Source of the DNA: Barthelona sp. PCE
Lineage: Eukaryota
Assembly (NCBI GenBank): GCA_040285745.1
Contig: JAUFOR010000002.1
Location: 1,984,001-2,048,000, forward strand
Length of the DNA: 64,000 bases
Reading direction: 5' to 3'
A program made the position numbers and the translations under genes. Below are positions 51,784-63,100 of this stretch, one piece after another. The notes beneath the pieces were generated by a model. The model was not told where the DNA came from. It did not search any database and saw only the letters and a program-made list of their open reading frames with translations. Position 1 is the stretch's first letter; the number at the start of each line of letters is the position of its first letter.

Positions 51784-52689
51784 TATAAAAGTTAGATGAA
51801 TAGAGTAGAAAAAGTGTTTTCAAATGTAATCGACAAATTCACAGTTTTTAAACGTTACTACATGATGTTTTATCTATATGAACAATGAAATTACAAAAAA
51901 AAATTGCTTTCCCATCGTTTCTGGGTCAAAAAAAACTTCCTTGTGTTTTGCTTCCTTTTTAGCGTAAAAAAAACGTGTAAATCATAAAAATCATGGTTTT
52001 GCTGCTGTTGATGAAGCAAAATAAGCTGAATCCTCAAATTGTATCAAATGATTAAAGTGAAGTAAAAAAAAATTCTTATCATACAACTGTGCGTGCTCTA
52101 CACCCATCAAGTACAACATCACACGCTTTTGCATACTCAAAATTACTGAATTATGCTTCAACGTTGAAAAATTCAAAACTATACATTTAGCAACAACACA
52201 AACATATTACTTTCCTAAAGACGTTCACTTGTCTATTTGCAGACGAAATAAGCCCATAAAAAAAGAATTCATGAAGAAAATTGCAAGAAATTAAGATATA
52301 GGATTCGTTCCTGAGATATTTCTTTGATTTTTGTTCTTCAACTCTGTAAATAGTGTGATGCGTCCATTTTTCGACAGTAAACGAAAAAGGGCAAAACATC
52401 TTCCTTCTCGCTTTGCAATACATAATATAGCTTACTTTACAGGTACTTTGAGGGCAGAAATACTCTTTCCAACAATCAAAATAGCGAAATAGTCAACATG
52501 ACACAAGAAAAACCAAAAAAATGCTGATTACACCAAACCTGTTTATTCGACTATCACTGACTATTTATGGACTGCCACAATACAGTAAGCACCATTGTAT
52601 TATTCACAACTTCTAATTACGCTCAAACAAAGAATGCCTACAAATCTTACCGAGCATTTCACACACATTTTTCACAAAAACCACTATGT

Positions 52690-54774
52690 TTACTCTTCCT
52701 CTAACTTAGCATCGTTAACCTGCTCAGCTTGAACAGTGCACTGACTTTTCTTGGGAACATCTTTCTTCTGTGAACTCTTATGCTTTCTAGAAGAAATATT
52801 TTCAAAATCAACAACAGTAGGACCGAAATTGTCCAATTTGAACACATGGACGTTATTACTACGAGAATACATGATACATTTAGTATTATCAACAGAGAAT
52901 TGACACACATATTGATGTTGACTACTGATTGAACATTGAGCCTGTTGAATATTAGCATGAACATATGACGGTTCATTTTTACGCATTTCTTTCTTTGACT
53001 CTTTTCCTTCTTTTGAATCAAATTCTAGTTTCCACTGATTATGATCAGATTCCCATTTTGAATGAACAGGAACCCACACACAAGTATTAAACCCTAATTC
53101 ACTCATCACGTTAACAAATTTCTTATCATTAAGTTCTGAAAGATCTTTTTCACATTCTTCTGCATTTAACCAAAGTAATTCACGAGTTTGGTTCTCTTTT
53201 TCGTTTCCATTTTCAAAAAAATACAGCAATTTAGTTAAATACTTAGCAATATTTTTGTTAAATTTTTTCCCACTTGTTACTACTATCTTTTCTGCCTGAA
53301 TAGCACTTGGCTCAACAAAATTTTCCATTGATCCATGATGTGGGGCTACCATAAGGTCGACTTGATGATTTTTGAAAAAAAAACTACTACATGAACGTGT
53401 CATATCACCCGTAAACAAGATTTTTCTGAACGTTTTTTCATGCAAAAAATCAACTTGAATAGCTAAACTACTTTCATTCATGTCTGATCCTATAAAAGGC
53501 GGAGCAAAAACAGTTATTTTGAAAAAATCATTGATTCTTGTACAAGTTTTGTAAATCTTTTTTTTAACATCGTATACATGTTCATTCACTTGAAACCCAC
53601 GACATTCCCAATTATAGTTATTGTAATTACGTTCAAAAATCTTGGGAATGATTCCTCTCTCCTCACATACACTCATGATGACGAACTTATTACCGTTGTG
53701 ATCGTCGTGGTCATGTGTGATATATATCTCAACATCGTCACCGTTCTTTATGATTTCTCTTAGCTCATAATGCAGTTCTTTACCATCTTTGATCCCAGAA
53801 ACGATATCTAACTTTTTCACATCTTTTCCATATCCTTGGGTTCCTGCATCAGCAAATATCACTGTTCCTTTACCACGACGATTATACAGTCTTAAGGCAC
53901 AAAATGTATGATATTTTGGTGTGGGTAGTGTTAAAACATAGAAATCAAAGGAAACAGGTTTCAGTTGCAAAAGTTTCTTCTTCTCATCAAGTTCACTTTC
54001 AAACTTTTCACCTGTTTCCTTTATCTTATTAATAAATATATCTTCATTATTTAAACAATGATTTGTATCTTCAAATCCTCTAAAATTCATACATTTTTCT
54101 TTTAAACTTTGTAACTTTCTTTCACACTCACGAATATTAGTTAGGAAAGAATCAACTTTGATTTTTGCATTCAACAATTCAATAAAATCGAATACTAACA
54201 TCATAACTTCCTTGAACTTAGCTATTACTGTACTTTCTCCAAGATATAAAGGGTATATTCCCTCACAAATTTTCTTTGGCTCTATGATGAACGAATTATC
54301 AGGCAATTTTCTCCATGGCAGCGGTCTGGTCACATAGAATGTAGTAATACATATTTTTAAAACTTTTATGGCGTGGGGTTCTAAAGCTTGAATATATTCT
54401 TTATACCTCCTGACTATTGAATGAAATGGGTTAATATCATCTTGGCTAATTCTTCTTGCCTCAAAAATTTCTTCTTTTGACGGATATACCTCAGCAAAAC
54501 CATCTTCAAAAAAACGTTGAAGAAATGGAAATTTTTCATCCCTATGGATGGTAACCCAAACCCCTTCCTTGCTTTCCTCAAAAATACCTTTAAATAATGT
54601 AAGCCTATCCTTAGAATTTCTTTCAAACTCTTCAGAACGTTCACCAAGGTACCAGTACACAAAATTTTTTAATGAAAGGTATGACTCACATAAAATCTCA
54701 CTTGCTTTCGAACGTTCCTCAATATCTTCAACAAAAGCTCTTAATTCCTCTAATGAAATATTTTGTTCTGACAT
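52690..54774 (-). CDS. ComEC/Rec2-type metallo-beta-lactamase-fold hydrolase, copy 2, with helical/coiled-coil N-terminal extension
   Basis: IFADAG, ITHDHDDH, NESSLAI, ILFTGDM, VDLMVAPHHGS and VVTSG. Likely ATG at 54774. Confidence 0.85.
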   Translation of the reverse strand: MSEQNISLEELRAFVEDIEERSKASEILCESYLSLKNFVYWYLGERSEEFERNSKDRLTLFKGIFEESKEGVWVTIHRDEKFPFLQRFFEDGFAEVYPSKEEIFEARRISQDDINPFHSIVRRYKEYIQALEPHAIKVLKICITTFYVTRPLPWRKLPDNSFIIEPKKICEGIYPLYLGESTVIAKFKEVMMLVFDFIELLNAKIKVDSFLTNIRECERKLQSLKEKCMNFRGFEDTNHCLNNEDIFINKIKETGEKFESELDEKKKLLQLKPVSFDFYVLTLPTPKYHTFCALRLYNRRGKGTVIFADAGTQGYGKDVKKLDIVSGIKDGKELHYELREIIKNGDDVEIYITHDHDDHNGNKFVIMSVCEERGIIPKIFERNYNNYNWECRGFQVNEHVYDVKKKIYKTCTRINDFFKITVFAPPFIGSDMNESSLAIQVDFLHEKTFRKILFTGDMTRSCSSFFFKNHQVDLMVAPHHGSMENFVEPSAIQAEKIVVTSGKKFNKNIAKYLTKLLYFFENGNEKENQTRELLWLNAEECEKDLSELNDKKFVNVMSELGFNTCVWVPVHSKWESDHNQWKLEFDSKEGKESKKEMRKNEPSYVHANIQQAQCSISSQHQYVCQFSVDNTKCIMYSRSNNVHVFKLDNFGPTVVDFENISSRKHKSSQKKDVPKKSQCTVQAEQVNDAKLEEE

Positions 54775-56075
54775 GAAAAGGAAATAATAAAAAATACACA
54801 GAACTAACTCAAATTGTGGGTTGCAAATGCTCCTATACCTATAAACAAAAGTTTTGAATATTTTTATACCGTTACAGTGTGTTAAAATAAAGAGATATTG
54901 ATAACTTGTCAATGTCTCATCTAAAAAGCATAGTTTACCTTTCTTCGTCAGTGAAATACCTTTTATAACTTAAATATGCCCTTTTACAAAAGAAAATTCC
55001 CTGAAATGTTAAGAAAGATGGTATACCATTTCTATGATACTAATGCTTCTATCTCAACAAAAAACATTGCCTTGGTTACATATAAAACACTGTAGTATTA
55101 AAAAAAGCAGTAGAAACTGGTGAGTAATACAAAATGCACGCAATAACACATAATCTCCCTTCTCAATTCACTATTCTTTGTGCAAGGCAAGCCGGGGCCC
55201 ATTTAAAGTATTTTCACTGGAAGAATATGATTCAAATAGCGACATAATTCAACTTTTTCAGGAAAAACACAATTTCCAACGCTAAACACTTTGTTTTGAC
55301 CTGGAGATCTATTATAAGTTACTAATTCAACCTCATCACAGAGACAAAATATCATTTTTAAGGGATTTTTTTGATACTTGGCTTTTTTAACGTATTCTTA
55401 TATTAGAACGTATTTAAAGCGTTAAGTTGGGCCTTTATCCTATATATTCAGCTGAAAATAGTTAAATTCCGCAAAAATCATTAAAAGACATATTTTAAGC
55501 TCAGAAAGTGCTTCAGAACCTAAAATTTGGTTTTTACCTCAGTCAGTTGGAGATCTCACAAATATACCCCATAGTTCTCCAAAAGATGATGAAATGCTCA
55601 TAAGAACGAGTAGATTAAAACTGTAAGCACGACTTTGGGTTTTGGTTATTCAAACCATCTCCATGGATGACAGTGCTTATATCCCCTCCCCTACCATTTC
55701 TTAAGCTGCAATACCGTATGATAATGGTATGAAAAATGTATAACACAGCAATTTTTCAGATATACTCTTATAATTGTGCATCAAGCTAGAAGAAAAGTCA
55801 TGTTAGAGCCATATACTCTTCCATTTAACACAGATCACTTCCATTGTCTTTCTTTCTGTTTTCCATCAAACTCATGAGTTTTTGCGATACTCAACTGAAA
55901 ACAACGGCGGTATGCCAGCGCTGAGTGTTTTTCTAGCCGATTTACTGATGTACTCAGTTTTTTTCTTCATCAATAAGCAATTCAAGGATTGCTATATATC
56001 TAATCATGTTTTGAGACATCGTAGACGCTTGTTTTTACTTGTCCGTTTTGTTTATTCTTCTTGTAAATGCATACC

Positions 56076-57428
56076 CTAATCACTATTTACTTTTATATCC
56101 TTGGAGAAACGAACAACTGCGTTCATAAGTTGATAGACGTTATAAATATCACGAACATGACCAGTTTCAACAGTACTGTGCATACCCAAGAGCATGGGAC
56201 CGAATTCCACCATTTCAATACCATTAAAAGCTCCCAAACCAGTCGTCATCGTTGCACCGCCGCTACCAACGTTTCTATTGGTAAAGTGCAGATACTCAAT
56301 AGATATCTCAGGCTCTCCCTCGTTATACAGCTCAATACATCTCTTTAGCAATGCCAAGCTCATCCCTGTATTACCAGAATGCATGGCAGGAGACCATGGG
56401 ATTGTCAGGCCCTTGCCTAGGTTACCAGTATGAACTGGGTCAGATTTATCTTTGAACCCGGGGTGAGTAGCCTGTAGAACGTCCATGGAAGCAATGAGTG
56501 ATCTGTTACAGAAGTTAAAGCGATCAACGCCCAATGCAGCCACAAGTCGATCAAGCAAATGTCTAAAAACAGCAGTGTAAGCACCGTTAAGTGTTCTACT
56601 ACCAACCTCCTCGTTATCGAAGAAGCACATCATAGTGACGTCCGTTGCGTGTGCGTTGGTGTCAAAAAGACTCTGCAAAGCGGGAAAAGCGCAACACAGA
56701 TCGTCCAGTCTCGGGCTCGTGATGATATCGTCGAAACGCAACACTTTGGTGGGTGCTTGAGAATAAAGCTGTGCGTCGATCTCTACAACGTTCTCGGTAT
56801 CAATACCTTCCTTCTTCAGGAGTTCCAAAACAAGGCCATTCAGGTACTCCTTCTTCTCGTCATCGGTGGCATCTTCCGCGGGTTTCAGGGCAGCCTCGGT
56901 CGAAACGATGGGGATGCAGTTCATGCCGTCGTATTCCGGCTTGCGCTCAAGGTGGATGGCGAGACTGGGCAGAATGGCAGCGTCTTCGATCTTGAAGAGT
57001 TCAGGCACGACCTTACCGTCAACAACGCGGTATAAAGTACCTGCACAGCCCATTACAGTGTCCAGAAATCTTGACCAGAGGATACCACCGTACTTGTCAA
57101 CATTGAGCGTATTGTAACCGTTGGAAGCGGAGGCCTGTACGGGTTTAACGCGTAAGTTGGGTGAGTCAATGTGAGCTGCAGAGCCGATGAGCCTACAGGA
57201 GCCGTTACCGAACTCTAGAGGCATCTTCCAGGCAAATAACGTTGATTCGTGTGAGACCATGTAATATGACTTTCCTGGCTCTAGTTCCCACTCGTTGCAT
57301 GTCGGAGATAGCTTCACAAACCCTCTTTCGTCCAAAATACCTGCTGTGTAATCCACAGTATGCTGAGCTGTGACACAAGCTTCCAAAAATTTCTTAAATT
57401 CAACTTTAAATGTTGTATAGTGCTCCAT
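56076..57428 (-). CDS. M18 family aminopeptidase (aspartyl aminopeptidase-like)
   Basis: AHIDSP, YGG, LAIHL, RLDD, FDNEEVGS and GMHSTVE. Confidence 0.92.
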   Translation of the reverse strand: MEHYTTFKVEFKKFLEACVTAQHTVDYTAGILDERGFVKLSPTCNEWELEPGKSYYMVSHESTLFAWKMPLEFGNGSCRLIGSAAHIDSPNLRVKPVQASASNGYNTLNVDKYGGILWSRFLDTVMGCAGTLYRVVDGKVVPELFKIEDAAILPSLAIHLERKPEYDGMNCIPIVSTEAALKPAEDATDDEKKEYLNGLVLELLKKEGIDTENVVEIDAQLYSQAPTKVLRFDDIITSPRLDDLCCAFPALQSLFDTNAHATDVTMMCFFDNEEVGSRTLNGAYTAVFRHLLDRLVAALGVDRFNFCNRSLIASMDVLQATHPGFKDKSDPVHTGNLGKGLTIPWSPAMHSGNTGMSLALLKRCIELYNEGEPEISIEYLHFTNRNVGSGGATMTTGLGAFNGIEMVEFGPMLLGMHSTVETGHVRDIYNVYQLMNAVVRFSKDIKVNSD

Positions 57429-57630
57429 ATATCAATTTTGCCCACAGGTTGAAAATTTAAAAGGAATATACTATACAAAAAAACGTTAAAAACGATAAAC
57501 ATTCTTAATGAGTAGAAACCCTTAAACTACGCTTCAAACGCCGTAAACCTGAGAACAACGTCTCAATGAAGCCTTCCATTTCAATCAAAAACTGGTTTAT
57601 CACTTTCGTCCTTTTCAATGTCATGATTTA

Positions 57631-59550
57631 ATGGGTTGCGGATCATCAAAACCACCACACACGAGCCGAAACTCGATCGATTCACCGATCCTGTCTTCGA
57701 CCATTAGTCTAGAATCGATTAAATCTCGCAAAAGCGCTTTAGCAGAACAGCTACCGGTTGCGGAGGGACCATTCGATGGTATCCTCGAGAACTTGGAGGC
57801 AAATGATCCAAATTTAGAGTTCATAGCTTTCTCAGACGGTCTTCTCCAAGTACAAGATATTGAGAAACTTTCAAATGCTTTAAAGAATAACACAGTTGTT
57901 GCAGAGCTCAGCCTGTCAAACACATACATAAATGACGAGCACTGTGAGATTTTGGCAGAAGTTTTCCGAAGTAACAAAGCAATTCTGTCATTGGGTCTTT
58001 CCAATAATTTCATATCAAACAAAGGCCTACGTGTGCTTGCAGAAGCACTCATTGACAGTAACGTAAGTCTTATTGGAATGAATGAGAACATAATATCAGG
58101 TAGTGAAGCTGGTCATCTCTTCAGTGTTTTACTTTCAGAAAACAGCAATATCAGCGAAGTATGGCTCAGCGGCTGTGCTCTGACGGACGGATTCATGGAA
58201 ACATTCACTGAATCGTGTTTTCCGGCATTGTCATGTTTGGAACTCAATAACTGTAATCTCTCTCACAAGTCTTTGGAGTTGTTAACAAGAATCCTTCCCT
58301 TCAGTGAGTCTCTAAAGAGTCTGCGGCTTGAGTCGAATTATTTCTTCTCTGTACTGCCTCAAAACCTTGATGAAACCAGTACAGAAAAGGCTAACGAAAT
58401 CGAGCAACAAATGGAGAGCTTCAGGGTTTTCTGTCTTGGTTTGGCGATGGAAACGGTGCCCCTGGAGCAGCTCATGCTGAAGGGCACGCGCTTACACGAC
58501 CTCGCATTCGGTTATATAGTGGAGTTGTGGAAGCAGAAACCATCACTTCAAATGCTCGACTTTGCGGACAATTCTCTCACAGCAGTTGCATTGAAGTACG
58601 TATTCAGGCACGTCAAGCAGTGCCCTGACGAATCCCTCATTGTTGATTCATTGAATTTGTCCAACAATCCTCTGATGAATGACGGTGTCAAGGTGCTTGC
58701 AAAGGTGCTGAAAAATGAAGCGTTCCAGGTCGCCAACCTCGTCATATGCGACGTCCAGATGAATATCGACGGACTGAGTCACCTTACCAAGATTTTCCGA
58801 TCAACAACGCGCATGACCCTCATCTCACTCGATATAAGCAACAACAGTTTATGCAATTCATCCTTCAGTAACATCGACCACAGTAGCCTTGAGGAGAAAA
58901 TTGGTGATTTCGTGCTGAGTCTAGCGAACCAGGGTTTCCTCGAGAGTTTCTTCGCCAATGACTGCGGTCTCAATAATCTTTCTCATTTTGCAGCGTTTTT
59001 GAAGGGATGCCAGACATTAAGGGAGCTATCTCTCGATGACAACGACTTTGGACACGCTCTTTGTTCATCTACAGAGTTTCTCAACGCTCTTTTCGACGGG
59101 GGCTGTATGGAGGTCTTGTCTTTGAATAATTGTGGACTCGGTGATAAGTTTTTAGAAGAATTTATTGACTACTACAACGCGCTGCAGACTGATTCAATGC
59201 TTGATAATAACATCGGTTTCACAAGTTCAATTAGAATCATCAATTTGAGTGGAAACGCGTTCTCATCAGAGATAGTAACCCGATTTATTCGATGCATCGT
59301 TGGAACGACCGTAGAAGAAGTGTATCTTGATGGTTGTTATAACATTAATGATCTGCGAAATCTTAAACAAATTGGTGACACATTACTGCTTTACGCCAAC
59401 GAAAATTTATCAGTTTTCTCCACCAATAACTATCAAATACAAGAAAGTAGTGTGGACGAAGAACTGCTCGCTGATATAGACGCTATTAATGAGAAATTAT
59501 CCCATAAGCATCCGAATCTGTTCTGGGAATTTAACTATGAATCTCAATAA
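57631..59550 (+). CDS. RI-like leucine-rich repeat protein with N-terminal acylation motif
   Basis: Repeats such as LSLSNTYI, LGLSNNFISNKG and LNLSNNPLMNDG. N-terminus MGCGSSK. Confidence 0.88.
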   Translation: MGCGSSKPPHTSRNSIDSPILSSTISLESIKSRKSALAEQLPVAEGPFDGILENLEANDPNLEFIAFSDGLLQVQDIEKLSNALKNNTVVAELSLSNTYINDEHCEILAEVFRSNKAILSLGLSNNFISNKGLRVLAEALIDSNVSLIGMNENIISGSEAGHLFSVLLSENSNISEVWLSGCALTDGFMETFTESCFPALSCLELNNCNLSHKSLELLTRILPFSESLKSLRLESNYFFSVLPQNLDETSTEKANEIEQQMESFRVFCLGLAMETVPLEQLMLKGTRLHDLAFGYIVELWKQKPSLQMLDFADNSLTAVALKYVFRHVKQCPDESLIVDSLNLSNNPLMNDGVKVLAKVLKNEAFQVANLVICDVQMNIDGLSHLTKIFRSTTRMTLISLDISNNSLCNSSFSNIDHSSLEEKIGDFVLSLANQGFLESFFANDCGLNNLSHFAAFLKGCQTLRELSLDDNDFGHALCSSTEFLNALFDGGCMEVLSLNNCGLGDKFLEEFIDYYNALQTDSMLDNNIGFTSSIRIINLSGNAFSSEIVTRFIRCIVGTTVEEVYLDGCYNINDLRNLKQIGDTLLLYANENLSVFSTNNYQIQESSVDEELLADIDAINEKLSHKHPNLFWEFNYESQ

Positions 59551-59569
59551 CACGATTACGATTATGTAA

Positions 59570-59989
59570 CTACAAAATAAAACTCATAGGCTGGTTTTCA
59601 TACAACTCTAATGTTCCCATAAGGTGCTGAACTTCTGCAGAACGAAGGTATCCATCAGAAAGGTAACTTGGTATGAATCGGAACTGTGATGCAGAAATAG
59701 ACTGTGCTGTGACAGTGCTGAACTGCTCGGCGAGCGATGGATATTGTTCTTGACCAACAACTGCTTCTGCAAGCATATTCAATAGACTTGTTGAGTCTTC
59801 TAGTTGTGTAAAGGCACTAAACTGGCCTCCAACGAACATCTCATCGTCTGCCTCGTTGCCTGAAGGAGTGTTGGCATCACGGATCCCCAATTGATCATCA
59901 TAAAGAAATCGAGAGTCTTCTGTGGCTTGCTCCTTCTGTTCATGGGGTGTAAGATCGGATCTAGCTCGTGATTGGTTTAGATTATCCAT
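59570..59989 (-). CDS. Small acidic hypothetical protein
   Basis: ATG at 59989 opens about 139 codons. It ends tail-to-tail with the LRR gene, like other real genes here. Confidence 0.5.
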   Translation of the reverse strand: MDNLNQSRARSDLTPHEQKEQATEDSRFLYDDQLGIRDANTPSGNEADDEMFVGGQFSAFTQLEDSTSLLNMLAEAVVGQEQYPSLAEQFSTVTAQSISASQFRFIPSYLSDGYLRSAEVQHLMGTLELYENQPMSFIL

Positions 59990-60149
59990 GAAAAATCCTC
60001 TGAGAGAACATGTAAACAAGGTAACGGGAAAACCAATTGAATATTTTCTAGAAGCTGATTTGACCGCTAAAAACGATGCAACTATACATATCGGGCACGG
60101 TCACCAATAAGCAGGATTCTTTCCAGACAAAATTTATCTCAATTTTTTA

Positions 60150-63100
60150 TTAACCTAGCAGCTCCATAACTTCACTTGAACAATGTCTCTCGATACGATC
60201 TCTGCATTCGCTGACAACAGAGCCGAACATATTAAGGAATTCCTCATCCTTCTCATCCTCTTGAGCATATTCCTGAAGATAGGTAACACAACTCTCAATA
60301 ATAGGCGTGTAGTTCTTCGCATCGAGGCCATCCTGAGTAATCAAAAGACAGAAAGCTGTCAAGATTGTCATGAACTCCTCAGGATCGTCAGTGAGCGGAA
60401 ACACCTCTTGAACACCGCCGTTCATAAGCACGGCCAGTCCTTCAACGTCCGGGTACACCGCATAGACGCGGCAGATCGCAGAAAGTGTGTTCTCACGGAC
60501 GACCTTAGACTCGTCCGATAAATTCTGTGCCATAACGCTCAACCTTTCGATATCAGCACCTTCAGCCTTGGCGAACAACCAGCCCAGCGCAAACGCGGCG
60601 TTCTGTCGTGCGTTGTATCTGCTGTTGTTGAGATGCTCCTCCAGAACAGCTATGTACAGACTTGTGTTTTCTTCATCAAAGAAATCAGCCTGAACAGTCT
60701 CAAACACCTGCGCAAAAACAGCAATGGCTGCTGCGTTCATCATCTCCGGGATATCATGATCAAGATAAGGCTGGATCATATCCAAAAGCACCTTACAATA
60801 ACCATTAAAGTTCACTTCTTCATCCCAGTAATCGCTGCTGATGAGACCAAGGGTGAACATGCACAGTTGGTCGAAAGTCTCCGGTGGCATGCTCTGCGCC
60901 TCCATGTCCTCTATGTATGCGAGGACGGCGTTAAAGCACTTGTTGGGAATAGTGATATCTGTCAATCGTTGCAAGATTTCAAAGGCGGTGCAATCCCAGT
61001 TCTCATCCATCTCATCGAGTATGAGCTCTGCGACGTCGTTCGTCTCAGCAACTCCTAGCTTGAGGGCGCAAGAGACGGCAGAACTGCTTGCGTTACTCTT
61101 TATGAGCGGGTTCATGTGCTTCATACTCTCAAGTGCCATGTTGTAGATCTTCCTCACCTGTTCCTCCTCGAGCTCCAACTGGTCAGCGAACGAGCCCATG
61201 GACGCAAGAAGCGCAGCTTGCTCGTTAATGACATCACTGTTGATCGCGAAGAATCCCTCGTCATCCAGGTCATCACTAAAGTCCTCGTTCGTGCTTATGT
61301 TAGACACCAGTCCGGCCTTTGTACCGGCCCACTTCTCTTGGTAAATGGGGAAGACGTCTTCGAATAAACCAAGGAAGGCACCAGACTCGTGGGTCTCGAC
61401 GGCCTCACAAATGTGTGCCAGTGCACCGAAACTGAACTCAGACAGCTCAGAGTGCTCGTAGGAGAAGCCCTCGACGATATTCTGAACAAGAGACTCAAAA
61501 TCAATTCCGAAGGGCTCCATCACTTCTGAGAATTTTTCATAACCGGTTTGTACGACCAGGACGCCGAAGAACTCGACAGCGCGGCCCCTGAGATCGAGGT
61601 GTGCGTCCTCTGTAACGCTGAGAAGCTCGAGAATAGCCAACAATGAGTTACTAAACAAATTGGTAAAATACTCGCCCAACTGATCAACGATAGAGCAGAA
61701 GACCTGGAGAATGTACCGTGTGAGGTGAGATTCCTCCAGTTCGAAGTGCTCGATCGCATCAAGGGACACAAAGAAGTCCTCGTTCTCGCTCACCAAGCCA
61801 GCCATCTCGTCCTGTGATAAAACGCCAAACAGCTTGCTGAGAATGTTCCAGGACAGCAGACAGATGTCCAGATCGCTTGAAGATATATGAGCAACTGTAA
61901 TCTCGAACAAGACATGCGCGTACTCTGCCATTTCATCACCTAGAAACTCAACAAGGTTTTTGATTGCGCTCAAAGCACTGATGAGAAGCCCTGGTGAATC
62001 GAACTCAAACGTACGTACAATCAAATTCATAAAGTCCTCCGTGTGATCCGAAACTTCCAGAGGGAAAACATGAGACAAGTACCCAATGGCTAGGTTTGCG
62101 GTTCTAACACCAACCTCCGTCTCAGGGCACATATCGATGCAGGAGACTATCTCAGGGAAGACATTAGCATTTGTGATCCTGAAGCAAATACCTTGAAGGA
62201 GTTCGCTTGCGATGATTGGCATCTCCTTTAACTCCGGTTCCTCTATGAGCATGGCGCCGAACGACGCGGTGATCATCTCCTTGAAGGAGCGCGTGACGAT
62301 GGTGGGTCGATGCATAAGCATTGTCGACAAAACAATCATAGCACGGGATCTGAACTTGGGTTGGATATCATCAGAGACAACGATTGAGAGCATCAGATCG
62401 ACGACGTCAGTGTAGTCTGATGTCTTGAACGTCTGAGATCTCACCAGTTCCTCGATAAACAGAAACACTCGCTGACAGTTCTTGTAATCATTGTTCTCAA
62501 CAAGATCGATAACGAACGTGGTGAGATTGGTGAATATGGGGAACAGGAGCTCAGCAAGCTCATCGTCGAATCCTGACTGATTAACAACGACTGAAAAAAG
62601 AGCAAGAACACCGCACTGGATATCCGTTCCCTTTTCGAGTAGTGGCATGCCCATGTCAATGATGTCTGTTAGCATGGAGTCGAAAATGTGCTCGTTACGC
62701 TTGATAAGTGCCTCCAAAATAGAAAGACATACAACAACAGAAATATCTTTGGCGTTGTCATCGGAGATCATATCAATAAGGGTGGGAAGCAGCTCCTCCC
62801 AGTCGCCGGCGCCGATTTCGTACGCGCCAATGACTGCGATGACATCAGCAAGAGATTTGTAGTAAAGATCGGCCTCTTTGCTGGGGTTGCTATCAAGAGA
62901 TGAAAAGAGGAGGTTCAGGAGCTCCTGCTTGCATTCTAGCTGAAACTCCTCACCTAACTTTGCCCAGGTCTTGGGAATGCTTTGTCGAAGTAGAACACAG
63001 ATGAGCTGCTTTGTGGCGTAGTCCTCTGCATCCAGCAGTACGTGCAGCAGGATTTCTGTGCACAGAGCTGTCTTAACAGCCTCCATGAGGTACTCGTTTG

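Noticed and set aside
51784-56075. Short ORFs or RNA genes in the long spacers (51991..52176, 52187..52423, 55882..56079)
   Set aside because: Low-complexity translations, with no tRNA cloverleaf or other structured RNA recognisable by eye.
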